This document shows positions 9,987 through 19,065 of a stretch of 63,072 nucleotides of DNA, one piece after another; positions within the stretch are counted from its first letter, which is position 1; the number at the start of each line of letters is the position of its first letter. The stretch comes from Candidatus Elulimicrobium sp. GTDB taxonomy: Bacteria; Patescibacteriota; Minisyncoccia; Phycocordibacterales; UBA918. The notes beneath the pieces were generated by a model. It saw nothing but the letters and a program-made list of their open reading frames with translations, made no database searches and was not told the origin of the DNA. Both the position numbers and the translations under genes were made by a program. The stretch spans positions 1 through 63,072 of the forward strand of contig DYNY01000005.1 of NCBI GenBank assembly GCA_020720815.1, in the 5' to 3' direction.

Positions 9987-10826
9987 ATGTTTTATAGAAC
10001 TTTTGGGCGAGAAGTGGCCGGTATTTTACTTAAAGCGTTCGTGATGATTTTATCCCTTATCTTTGTTTTTGCCTTTATAGATTCTTGGTATAAAAATAAA
10101 AGCATTAGCGAAGGTAACTGTAACATTGCCGTATTACCGATTGAAGGTGTGATACTACCATTTTATGGTTATGATGACTACCCACTAGTTGTAACACCAG
10201 GCTCGGTTAGAGACTTTATAAATAGAGCTGAGGATGACAAAAATATTAAAGGCTTACTATTTGAAATAAATTCTTCTGGTGGTACACCGGTAGCATCTGA
10301 GCAAATTAGTTATTATATTAGCAATAGTAGTTTGCCTACCATTGGACTTATTGGTGATATTGGTGCTTCTGGTGCTTATCTGGTGGCGGCTAGTACTGAC
10401 ACCATTATAGCTTCAGCTATGTCAGATGTTGGTAGTATTGGCGTTACAATGTCTTATCTAGAAAATACTGTTAAAAATGAAGAGGAGGGAGTTAGTTTTG
10501 TGGAACTAACTTCTGGTAAATTTAAAGAGGCCGGTAACCCAAACCGTGAATTATCTGAAGAAGAACGGGTACTGTTTGAAAGTGATTTAAAGATTGTTCA
10601 TGATGAATTCGTTAGACAGATAGCGGAGCGGAGAAATAAGTCAGTCGAAGAAATACAAACTTTGGCCGACGGTTCCTCCATGCCGGGAATTATAGCTCTA
10701 GAAAAGGGTTTAATTGATCAAATCGGTAATCGAAGTTCCGTCAAAAAGACATTTTCCGCCCAATTAGGGTTAAGCCTAGACGAAATAGTTTTTTGTGAGT
10801 ATTCACCCAAGACTTTTACCTACTAA
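9987..10826 (+). CDS. sppA: signal peptide peptidase SppA (36K type)
   Basis: 279-aa ORF with an N-terminal TM segment; ClpP/crotonase-type motifs INSSGGT, GASGAYLVAAS and GSIGV. Confidence 0.75.
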   Translation: MFYRTFGREVAGILLKAFVMILSLIFVFAFIDSWYKNKSISEGNCNIAVLPIEGVILPFYGYDDYPLVVTPGSVRDFINRAEDDKNIKGLLFEINSSGGTPVASEQISYYISNSSLPTIGLIGDIGASGAYLVAASTDTIIASAMSDVGSIGVTMSYLENTVKNEEEGVSFVELTSGKFKEAGNPNRELSEEERVLFESDLKIVHDEFVRQIAERRNKSVEEIQTLADGSSMPGIIALEKGLIDQIGNRSSVKKTFSAQLGLSLDEIVFCEYSPKTFTY

Positions 10827-10877
10827 AAAATAACTAGCAAGCAGTTATGTATTAGTCATTTTAAAATGATGTTTTAA

Positions 10878-11309
10878 TTAATCGTCATTTAAACTATCTA
10901 ATGCCTCAACCAACATGAGTTTGTGGGTAAATTCACGATGTTCACTGATTCGTTCGTCTGCCATATGAATCATATTACGTTGACATGCTATGGCTTCATT
11001 AGCAAAAGAAAGCATTTCCTTAGTTCGTTTTCTTTCGGTTTGACTTTTATTATCTGTGTCTTTAATTGACATTATAAAATCTCTGAATTCTGAAACAAAT
11101 TGAGCGGTTGATACTACATCTGAGTGTAGTTCACCTAAAATTAAATCTGCGTGATCAAGCCACTCTTCCCAATAGTCTGAATAAGGGCCGTACTGTTTAT
11201 GAGTATCAAATTTAGCAGAAGTAATAATATTAGTATAATAGTGAATTCTCACTCGTAGTTTGTCGAGATTGTTTTGGTTCTGTACTAAGAGTAAATACTG
11301 ACTATCCAT
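10878..11309 (-). CDS. hypothetical helical protein
   Basis: 143-aa ORF with native A+T-rich composition; no recognisable motif. Confidence 0.45.
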   Translation of the reverse strand: MDSQYLLLVQNQNNLDKLRVRIHYYTNIITSAKFDTHKQYGPYSDYWEEWLDHADLILGELHSDVVSTAQFVSEFRDFIMSIKDTDNKSQTERKRTKEMLSFANEAIACQRNMIHMADERISEHREFTHKLMLVEALDSLNDD

Positions 11310-11396
11310 AGTCGTATTCTAGCACCAGAATAAACCAATAAAGTCAATTAGTAACACATTAAACGTTAATGGGGCAAGACCGTATCTTATCTAATT

Positions 11397-11427
11397 AAAA
11401 GACGCAACCAAAGTTGCGTCTTTTTTT
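11397..11427 (-). terminator. hairpin terminator downstream of hpf (A-run and T-run flanks, could act bidirectionally)
   Basis: aaaagacgcaac / gttgcgtctttt forms a 12-bp stem with loop caaa. Confidence 0.6.
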
Positions 11428-11448
11428 ACCTAAGACTTCACAAGGTGG

Positions 11449-11790
11449 TTAAGGCGTTATCACCGCCTTGTTACTGACAACCCTTGTGCGGTTGTTCCTC
11501 ACCCTGTCCTTGTGGCGCAGGACACAACGATCCAACTTTTCCATCAGTTTGTCGATGGCGGCGTAGAGATCTTCGTGTGAGTGCTCTACGTAGATGTTAC
11601 GGCCTTTCACACGCAGGGTCACTTCGGCTTTTTGTCTCTGCTCCTTCTCCGTAACTTTCTCCACCGTCAACAATACGCAGATGCTGTTGATCTGACTGAA
11701 ATGCCACATCACGCACTTCAACTTGCTGTGCACGTATTTTCGCAATGCGGGTGTGACTTCCAAGTGGTGACCGGAAATTGTGAGGTTCAT
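11449..11790 (-). CDS. hpf: ribosome hibernation promoting factor, short HPF/RaiA type
   Basis: MNLTISGHHLEVTPALRKYV...LTVEKV...EDLYAAIDKLMEKLDR aligns by eye with E. coli HPF/RaiA. AGGAGA (11798-11803) is 7 nt from ATG 11790, so I prefer that start to the track start at 11796. The gene is G+C-rich relative to its flanks. Confidence 0.8.
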   Translation of the reverse strand: MNLTISGHHLEVTPALRKYVHSKLKCVMWHFSQINSICVLLTVEKVTEKEQRQKAEVTLRVKGRNIYVEHSHEDLYAAIDKLMEKLDRCVLRHKDRVRNNRTRVVSNKAVITP

Positions 11791-12014
11791 CCTCATCTCT
11801 CCTACTTATTCAAGAACTGACCGCATGAAAGATTCCTCATCATGTACGGTAGCAAAAATACTACCAGATTTTTTTGATTTGTCTAGATGGTAATACACAA
11901 GCACTATGACATTTAAAGCATTTTTGTTGGAGAACTGATTTGATTCTAAATTTATTGAGTATATTACACACTTACATTAGCTAAAATTTAAATATCTGGT
12001 AACTTATAGTGATT

Positions 12015-13115
12015 ATGTCAAAACTTGCTGTCGGGATAGTCGGTCTCCCCAATGTCGGAAAATCTACTTTATTCACCGCTCTTACTAAAAATGAGGTTTT
12101 AATTGCTAATTATCCTTTTGCAACTATTGATCCATCGGTTGGGGTAGTGGCTGTACCAGACAGTCGTTTAGCAACCTTATCGGCTATCTCAGGCTCCAAA
12201 GAAATCATTCCTGCTATTATAGAGTTTGTTGATATTGCTGGGTTAGTAGCGGGAGCCTCTTCAGGAGAAGGTCTGGGTAATAAATTCCTTGCCAGCATCC
12301 GCGAGACCGATATGATTGCTGAAGTAGTGCGTATTTTTGAAGACTCTGACATTCATCACGTTGCGGGCGGTATTGACCCTCTATCTGATATTGAAGTAAT
12401 TAATCTAGAGCTTATTTTGGCTGACGCGGAGACAGTTGGGAAGCGTTTAAGTAATGTTGAACGCGATGCCAAGCGTGGCGATAAGGGGGCTGAAGTTGAG
12501 CATGGTGTACTAAGTAGACTCCTACCACACCTAGAGAGTGGGAAATTGGCTAATGCTTTAGGGATGAACGAAGAAGAACAAAAACTGGTTAAGGGGCTTC
12601 ATCTTCTAACCATGAAGCCATTTTTGTATGTCTGTAATAAAATGACTGACGGTTACAACCTAGACGAACAAAATGACGACCGTTGGGTAAGGTTAATGGA
12701 ATTTTTTACCAACACTGGTGCTGAGTACGTGGTAGTTGATGCTGGAATGGAACATGAGCTAAAAGATCTAAGTGATGAAGAAAAAAATGAATTTAGACGA
12801 GAGTACGGTGCACAGGGAAGTGGCGTCGAAAATCTTATTCGGGCTTGTTATCACCGTCTAGGGTTAATGAGCTATTTAACTACTGGAGAGAAGGAAACCC
12901 ATGCTTGGACTGTACCAGTTGGTTCAATTGGTCCTAAGGCAGCCGCTGCAATTCATACTGATTTTGAAAAGAAATACATCCGTGCTCAAGTAGTATCATT
13001 TGATGACCTGGTAACAGCTGGTTCACTAGCTAAGGCCCGCGAACTCGGCAAACTCCGCACTGAAGGTAAAGACTACATTGTTAAAGACGGTGATGTGATT
13101 GAGTTTTTGATATAA
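12015..13115 (+). CDS. ychF: ribosome-binding ATPase YchF (Obg-family)
   Basis: P-loop [29 protein letters not shown], and a C-terminal TGS-like domain ([23 protein letters not shown]). ATG 12015 is preferred to GTG 12009. Confidence 0.9.
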   Translation: MSKLAVGIVGLPNVGKSTLFTALTKNEVLIANYPFATIDPSVGVVAVPDSRLATLSAISGSKEIIPAIIEFVDIAGLVAGASSGEGLGNKFLASIRETDMIAEVVRIFEDSDIHHVAGGIDPLSDIEVINLELILADAETVGKRLSNVERDAKRGDKGAEVEHGVLSRLLPHLESGKLANALGMNEEEQKLVKGLHLLTMKPFLYVCNKMTDGYNLDEQNDDRWVRLMEFFTNTGAEYVVVDAGMEHELKDLSDEEKNEFRREYGAQGSGVENLIRACYHRLGLMSYLTTGEKETHAWTVPVGSIGPKAAAAIHTDFEKKYIRAQVVSFDDLVTAGSLAKARELGKLRTEGKDYIVKDGDVIEFLI

Positions 13116-13121
13116 AACAAA

Positions 13122-13391
13122 CTAACTCAACTCACTCGGTGGACTTAGTCTTTGTACTGGACTAACGACATTAGGATTCCAATCCGCTTTTATTTCTCCA
13201 TGTTCTTTCTCATATTGAGTAATTTGGTGACTTAGGTATTCACGCAAACGCTTAAGATGCTGAGGAGTCAGTGAATAAATGTTTGCCTGGGCTCCGGAGC
13301 TCAGAGCCATGACAAAATACTCTGGTGTGTAACCAACATTAATACTTTCGCAAAACAACTTTGGGGCTTTTTTTAAATCTTCTGGTTTCAT
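13122..13391 (-). CDS. small conserved hypothetical protein (DUF3467-like by eye)
   Basis: 89-aa ORF; the family assignment is tentative. Confidence 0.4.
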   Translation of the reverse strand: MKPEDLKKAPKLFCESINVGYTPEYFVMALSSGAQANIYSLTPQHLKRLREYLSHQITQYEKEHGEIKADWNPNVVSPVQRLSPPSELS

Positions 13392-13527
13392 ATCTTTCTA
13401 TTATCGCACACAACTTCACCTCTCGTCCAAAAGTTTGACAAATGTATGGGTTAATAGCAGAATCTGAATTAGATTCTTGTTCTGATGCTCAGCATCACCT
13501 ACAACCTTAACCTTGATCGGAGCAGAC

Positions 13528-14268
13528 GTGCAAAACTTCAAACTAGTTACCTCGCAGGTTGGCATCATTAAAAGCTGGCAAACACACAGCGGTACAAACA
13601 TACTTTATCCGGCTTTCACCACCACAGAAGGAAAGGAGAGGGGTGGATGCTTTCCGGCCGTACCTGTCTTTGGAGCAGTACCTAATACTCATGCCTGGCA
13701 AAGAGCGACCTTAGCGAAACATGGGCTCATTCGCCTAGTAAACGAAAGTTATCCGGTAGTGTCTGACCATGACGCAGATAATCGCTACCGAACTTTCACC
13801 ATGAGTTTTCCGGCGCGCGAGAGCTACCCCTGGAGCTTTACGGTGAGTAATCGGCTCTGCGTTAGTTTGTCCGGGCAAAATCTCGACTACTGGATAACGG
13901 TCAGGCGAGCTGAAGAGTGCGAGACTAAACAGCAGATGCCACTTTCATTTGGGCTTCATCCATATTTTCCGACCAACGGTTTTGGCTGGGAAGTAATCGA
14001 GCGTGGACGAACTTTGATCCATAGCCAGGATGTAGTCGAGCCGTCAGTCAGCTTTAACCTAAGTGACGAGGAAGTATATCTGCGGATGCACGGGGCAGTC
14101 TACCGACTAACTTTACGCAACTACGACCAAATCACCATCTGGTCAGATCAGACCAGTAAGTACATTTGTGTTGAACCAACCAGGGGCAGGCGCGAAGAAA
14201 TTGTCCTCCGTCCCGGGGAAGGACACTCCGCCCGATGCAATATTGAGTACCTTCCCAAGCCGGTGTGA
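13528..14268 (+). CDS. aldose 1-epimerase / hexose-6-phosphate mutarotase-like protein (G+C-rich)
   Basis: Mutarotase-like motifs GGCFPAVPVFG, KHGLIR and FGLHPYF. GGAG (13519-13522) is 5 nt before GTG 13528; the track start is TTG 13513. A possible promoter is TTGACA 13435-13440, 17-nt spacer, CAGAAT. Confidence 0.5.
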   Translation: MQNFKLVTSQVGIIKSWQTHSGTNILYPAFTTTEGKERGGCFPAVPVFGAVPNTHAWQRATLAKHGLIRLVNESYPVVSDHDADNRYRTFTMSFPARESYPWSFTVSNRLCVSLSGQNLDYWITVRRAEECETKQQMPLSFGLHPYFPTNGFGWEVIERGRTLIHSQDVVEPSVSFNLSDEEVYLRMHGAVYRLTLRNYDQITIWSDQTSKYICVEPTRGRREEIVLRPGEGHSARCNIEYLPKPV

Positions 14269-14291
14269 TTCAAGTACCAACGTCTAAGTAG

Positions 14292-14330
14292 AAGCCCACC
14301 ATGAGTAATTGAGGTGGGCTTTTCTCATTT
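14292..14330 (+). terminator. rho-independent terminator
   Basis: aagcccacc / ggtgggctt forms a 9-bp stem followed by a T-rich tail. Confidence 0.55.
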
Positions 14331-14368
14331 TGTTACTTTTCGCCTAAATCAGGCGTATACTACAGTAT

Positions 14369-15268
14369 ATGGAAAATAACACCGCTAAACATTTTGCACT
14401 ACAACTAGGATCACTAATTAGTCTTTATTTATCGTTATCTTTTCTAATTGTTTTATTGTTTGGCATTATTAATGTTTTGTATCCTGATGCCGTAGAAGGT
14501 TACTGGGGAATAGAAAGCGCTACCAATAACATTCGCCTAGGTATAGCTATAGTATTAGTATTTTTTCCCACTTACTTAGTCCTCACTAGGTTGGTCAATA
14601 CCGAAAGGCGTCATGAGGTCACCAGTGCTTATCTAGTACTGACAAAGTGGTTAATCTACTTATCGCTTTTAGTTGGAGGAGGGGTTCTCCTTGGCGACTT
14701 AGTGACGGTCATTATGGCTTTTCTTGATGGTGAACTAACCCAAAGATTTATTTTTAAAGCCACTACTGTAGTAGTAGTGGTTGGTGTTGCTTTTTATTAC
14801 TACTTACAAGACGCTCGGGGTTATTGGCTTAAGGATGAAAAGACATCTATTTATTTCGGTGTTGGGTCAACGATCGTTGTTTTAATTTCTCTTATCTATG
14901 GCTTTATGCATATAGAGACCCCAACCATAGTGAGGGAGATGAAGCTAGATCAAACCCAACTATCCGATCTCCAACAAATTCAAAACAAAATAGAAGAAGC
15001 GTTACTCCTAAGCAGTAGCGCTTTACCGGCCACTCTAGCTGAAGTTTACAATGGATTTCCAGTACCAATGGCACCAGAAAAACGCGATGCCTACACTTAC
15101 GAAGTAACTACTAAAGGCTTTAATCTTTGTGCTACATTTTCTGCTGACTCACCAGAATCAGTCGAGGTTATGTTTAAGGATCCATATATGCCTACTACAC
15201 CAATCAAAAACGCCAACAGCTGGTCATATAAAGAAGGGCGGTATTGTTTTGAACGAATAGTAAATTAA
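14369..15268 (+). CDS. membrane protein with 5-6 N-terminal TM helices and a soluble C-terminal domain, function unknown
   Basis: 299-aa ORF called from its hydrophobicity pattern only. Confidence 0.5.
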   Translation: MENNTAKHFALQLGSLISLYLSLSFLIVLLFGIINVLYPDAVEGYWGIESATNNIRLGIAIVLVFFPTYLVLTRLVNTERRHEVTSAYLVLTKWLIYLSLLVGGGVLLGDLVTVIMAFLDGELTQRFIFKATTVVVVVGVAFYYYLQDARGYWLKDEKTSIYFGVGSTIVVLISLIYGFMHIETPTIVREMKLDQTQLSDLQQIQNKIEEALLLSSSALPATLAEVYNGFPVPMAPEKRDAYTYEVTTKGFNLCATFSADSPESVEVMFKDPYMPTTPIKNANSWSYKEGRYCFERIVN

Positions 15269-15284
15269 CTCTTATTTTCTAGAT

Positions 15285-15316
15285 AAAAACCACTAAGTAT
15301 TTCTTAGTGGTTTTTT
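15285..15316 (+). terminator. rho-independent terminator
   Basis: aaaaaccactaag / cttagtggttttt forms a 13-bp stem followed by a T-run. Confidence 0.7.
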
Positions 15317-15374
15317 ACAATCTTGTAAAACATGGCATACTAAACTTCTACTTATTGGTTAAGCAGGGTTCCTT

Positions 15375-17873
15375 ATGCATAAAAAGTTTGATAATGCAGA
15401 GATTGAAAAAAAATGGCAAGCTAAATGGCAAGAAAGTGGAATACACGACGTGGGTCTACGTGACAACAGCAAAGAAAAGGAGTATGTGCTCGTCGAATGG
15501 CCATATCCGTCAGGAAATCTCCACATTGGGCACTGGTATGCTTTTGCCGTACCTGACATCTATGTTCGCTACAAACGTATGATGGGGAAGCAGGTTCTTT
15601 ATCCTATAGGCTTTGACGCTTTTGGTCTTCCGGCTGAAAATGCGGCTATCAAACGCAACCTTGACCCTAAAGCTTGGACGAACGACAACATTGCCTACAT
15701 GAAGACCCAGCTCGCGAGCATGGGGAATGCTTTTTCCTGGGACAAAACCTGCAACTCAACCGACCCAGAATACTACAAGTGGACCCAAATGATGTTCACT
15801 AAGTTTTTTGACAACGGTATTGCTTATCGTGGGAAGGGTGTAGTGAATTGGTGTCCAGGCTGCAATACGGTGATAGCCAACGAACAAGTACTAGTAGACG
15901 GTACTTGTGAGCGCTCAGGCGATGTAATAGAGAAACGCGAAATGCCCCAGTGGATGCTTCGTATCACGAAGTACGCTGACCGCCTAATAGATGACCTTGA
16001 TGCACTAAATTGGCCGGAACATATAAAAGAAGCGCAAAGACAATGGATTGGACGATCTAAGGGTGCACTTATTGATTTCAAACTAAACGCAACCGGTGCA
16101 AATGAAAACGATGAAAATAGTACGATCGATCGTACTATTAGTGTTTTCACAACTAGGCCGGACACGCTTTACGGGGCTACCTACTTAGTACTAGCCCCAG
16201 AACATGCCCTGGTGGTTCAAAACGAGGCAAACATAGCCAATTGGAGTGAAGTAGCTAGTTATATTGCTTTAACTAAACAAAAAGCCGAGCAGGACCGTTT
16301 GGACAACACAAAAGAAAAAACTGGAGTAAGGCTAGGAGGGATAACAGCAACCAATCCCGCAAGTGGAGAAGAGATACCCGTCTACATTTCCGATTACGTC
16401 CTGGCTTCTTATGGCACCGGCGCCATTATGGCCGTACCAGCGCATGACGAGCGCGATAATGCTTTTGCGAAAAAGTTTGGTATAGAGATTAGGAATGTTA
16501 TTTCTCCATTTGATTTTGAAACAAAACAACATATAAATTGGATGACAAATGTAGGAGAAGATAGTCAAAAAGTACTGGCTGAGATCCACGCCGGGACAAG
16601 AATTTATGAATATAAAGGAAAGTTGACTAACTCAGGTGAGTTTAATGGCTTAGACTCTGAAGAAGTAAAAGAAGCCATTGTGAAAAAAGTCGGAGGGAGG
16701 ATGACCTCGACCTACCGCTTACGTGATTGGTCAGTTGGCCGGCAACGCTATTGGGGGGTACCAATTCCGATTGTCTATGACCCGGAAGGGAAGGCTCATA
16801 CAGTGCCAAAGAAGCATCTGCCTTGGCTATTGCCAGAGGATGTCGATTTCAAACCGACTGGTATTGCACCTTTGGCTAAGAGTGAAGCGCTCAAGAAGCG
16901 CACGGAAGAAATTTTTGGCCAGGGTTGGACTCCGGAAGTAGAAACGATGGATACTTTTGTGGATTCCTCTTGGTATTTCCTACGCTATCTCGATAACCAC
17001 AACCCTAATTCGCTATCGACTCTAGAGACACAGAAAGACTGGATGCCAATTGATATTTACTTTGGTGGAGCTGAGCATACCACTATGCACTTACTCTACT
17101 CGCGCTTTTGGCAAAAAGCCCTCTTGGACTTAGAGCTAGTTAGCGAAAGTGAACCATACAAAAGACGCATCAATCGCGGACTTATCTTAGGTCCTGATGG
17201 TAACAAGATGAGTAAGAGTAAAGGCAATGTGATCGACCCCGATGATCATGTCAAGACGGTAGGGGCGGATGTAGTAAAAATGTACTTAGCTTTTATGGGA
17301 CCGTATGAAGGCAGTAATTACCCCTTTGACCTGGGGGGTATTGCTGGCGTTAGACGTTTTCTCGAACGGGTTTATGGATTAAATGAACATATTGTTGAAG
17401 TCGAACCAAAAGAGATCACCACTCTGCTCCATAAAACAATCGCCAAAGTAGGTAAAGATATAGAAACATTTAAATTCAACACCGCCATTAGTGCTATGAT
17501 GATACTTGTTAATAAGGCCGAAAAAACTGGTTTGACTGAAACATCTTACGATGCCTTTATTAGAGTCATTGCGCCTTTTGCACCCCACCTAAGTGAAGAA
17601 ATTTGGTCTAATTTAGGCCATAAAGAATCAGTTCATATGACTAAATTTCCGGAAGCCGATTATAATCTTTTGACCGATGAAACGATTACTATCGGGGTGC
17701 AAGTTAACGGGAAATTGCGTGGTACGGTCAATGCAAGTCCTACTGCAACAGAACAAGAGATAACTAATTTGGCTTTGACAAATAAGGATATTATTAGATA
17801 CGCAATACCTCAAAGTATTAGAAAAGTAATCTACGTTCCCGGTAGAATCCTCAACTTAATAATTGGAAAGTAA
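15375..17873 (+). CDS. leuS: leucyl-tRNA synthetase
   Basis: 832-aa ORF with the HIGH motif (GNLHIGHW), KMSKS (NKMSKSKGN) and a CP1 editing region. Confidence 0.95.
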   Translation: MHKKFDNAEIEKKWQAKWQESGIHDVGLRDNSKEKEYVLVEWPYPSGNLHIGHWYAFAVPDIYVRYKRMMGKQVLYPIGFDAFGLPAENAAIKRNLDPKAWTNDNIAYMKTQLASMGNAFSWDKTCNSTDPEYYKWTQMMFTKFFDNGIAYRGKGVVNWCPGCNTVIANEQVLVDGTCERSGDVIEKREMPQWMLRITKYADRLIDDLDALNWPEHIKEAQRQWIGRSKGALIDFKLNATGANENDENSTIDRTISVFTTRPDTLYGATYLVLAPEHALVVQNEANIANWSEVASYIALTKQKAEQDRLDNTKEKTGVRLGGITATNPASGEEIPVYISDYVLASYGTGAIMAVPAHDERDNAFAKKFGIEIRNVISPFDFETKQHINWMTNVGEDSQKVLAEIHAGTRIYEYKGKLTNSGEFNGLDSEEVKEAIVKKVGGRMTSTYRLRDWSVGRQRYWGVPIPIVYDPEGKAHTVPKKHLPWLLPEDVDFKPTGIAPLAKSEALKKRTEEIFGQGWTPEVETMDTFVDSSWYFLRYLDNHNPNSLSTLETQKDWMPIDIYFGGAEHTTMHLLYSRFWQKALLDLELVSESEPYKRRINRGLILGPDGNKMSKSKGNVIDPDDHVKTVGADVVKMYLAFMGPYEGSNYPFDLGGIAGVRRFLERVYGLNEHIVEVEPKEITTLLHKTIAKVGKDIETFKFNTAISAMMILVNKAEKTGLTETSYDAFIRVIAPFAPHLSEEIWSNLGHKESVHMTKFPEADYNLLTDETITIGVQVNGKLRGTVNASPTATEQEITNLALTNKDIIRYAIPQSIRKVIYVPGRILNLIIGK

Positions 17874-17966
17874 AAACGCTATCCACTGTATGATTTGACC
17901 TTATTTATTACGTATGTTATAAACATACAAACGCATTGGAGGTTTTTGCAGGGAATTAATACATCT

Positions 17967-18992
17967 ATGATTACTTTTAAACCAAAACAAATATCAAAAT
18001 CACTTCTTAGCGTACTGCCAGAACGAGCTCGTGACGTACTAATAAAACGCTATGGTCTTGGTGCAAATGGAGAGACTTTTACTTTAGAGGCGATTGGGCA
18101 ATCTTACGGTATCACTCGTGAACGTGTACGTCAGATTGAAAACTATGGTATTCAATCTATTCAGAAATCAGAAGAATACAAAAAGCATTTCGATCTTTTT
18201 GTCGAAATTCAAAAACTTATTGATCAATTGGGTGGTGGACTTATTGCCGAACACGTTTTTCTAGATGAAATGACAAATGACCCAATTGTGCGTAATCACC
18301 TCTATTTTCTACTAGTTGTCGGTGACCCATTCTATCGCGGAAAAGAAAACCCCCAGTATAACCATCGTTGGTATACAGAAAGAAAGGTGGCTGATGCAGT
18401 AGAGAAAGCTCTACGTAATGTTCACCAAGGACTTGAGCGCGATGAACTTATCAGTGAGCACGATATGTTGGCTCGTTTTAGGGCTGAACTTACAGATATT
18501 GCTGATAAGCACGGGGATGATGTACTTAAACGATGGCTTATGATTTCCAAACAAATTGCCCAAAACCCACTTGGTGACTGGGGTCCAGCTGACAGTCCAA
18601 ATGTACGTGTAAAAGGGGTACGTGATTATGCTTACCTAGCCGTAAAACGACATGGTTCCCCAATGCACTTTAGAGAAGTAGCTGGCTCAATCAATAAACT
18701 ATTCGGGCACGATGCTCACATAGCCACTACACACAACGAACTTATCAAAGACCATAGGTTTGTATTAGTAGGTCGCGGTCTCTACGCCCTAACAGAATGG
18801 GGTTACACCGCTGGAGTAGTTAAAGATGTCTTACGTGAAATTTTAACTAAAGAAGGTCCCCTCACTCGAGAGGAAATAATTGACAAGGTTCGTAAGGAAA
18901 GGTACGTGAAAGACAATACGATCGTTGTAAATCTCCAAGACACAAATTTATTCCGACGTCTCACCAACGGGGCTTACACCCTGGCTGAATAA
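17967..18992 (+). CDS. DNA-binding protein with a sigma-70 region-4-like HTH and a C-terminal HARE-HTH-like domain
   Basis: LEAIGQSYGITRERVRQIENYGI matches sigma region 4.2. The C-terminal MHFREVAGSINKLF...FVLVGRGLYALTEWGY resembles the HARE-HTH/RpoE-delta fold. The start is uncertain: the track starts at TTG 17895, and the first ATG is at 17967. Confidence 0.55.
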   Translation: MITFKPKQISKSLLSVLPERARDVLIKRYGLGANGETFTLEAIGQSYGITRERVRQIENYGIQSIQKSEEYKKHFDLFVEIQKLIDQLGGGLIAEHVFLDEMTNDPIVRNHLYFLLVVGDPFYRGKENPQYNHRWYTERKVADAVEKALRNVHQGLERDELISEHDMLARFRAELTDIADKHGDDVLKRWLMISKQIAQNPLGDWGPADSPNVRVKGVRDYAYLAVKRHGSPMHFREVAGSINKLFGHDAHIATTHNELIKDHRFVLVGRGLYALTEWGYTAGVVKDVLREILTKEGPLTREEIIDKVRKERYVKDNTIVVNLQDTNLFRRLTNGAYTLAE

Positions 18993-19012
18993 GTAACTTT
19001 TACTTGATAAAA

Positions 19013-19046
19013 CACCCACACCATATATATCGCTTGGGTGTTTTTA
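19013..19046 (+). terminator. rho-independent terminator
   Basis: acaccca / tgggtgt forms a stem followed by ttttt. Confidence 0.55.
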
Positions 19047-19065
19047 TGTAGTACAATAGAAGTAC

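Noticed and set aside
11581-11820. 79-aa plus-strand ORF
   Set aside because: It is antisense to hpf, whose product matches the HPF/RaiA family along its whole length.
15307-15582. ORFs 15307-15582(+) and 15359-15559(-) at the leuS start
   Set aside because: They overlap the terminator of the upstream gene and the conserved LeuRS N-terminus. They have no motif support.
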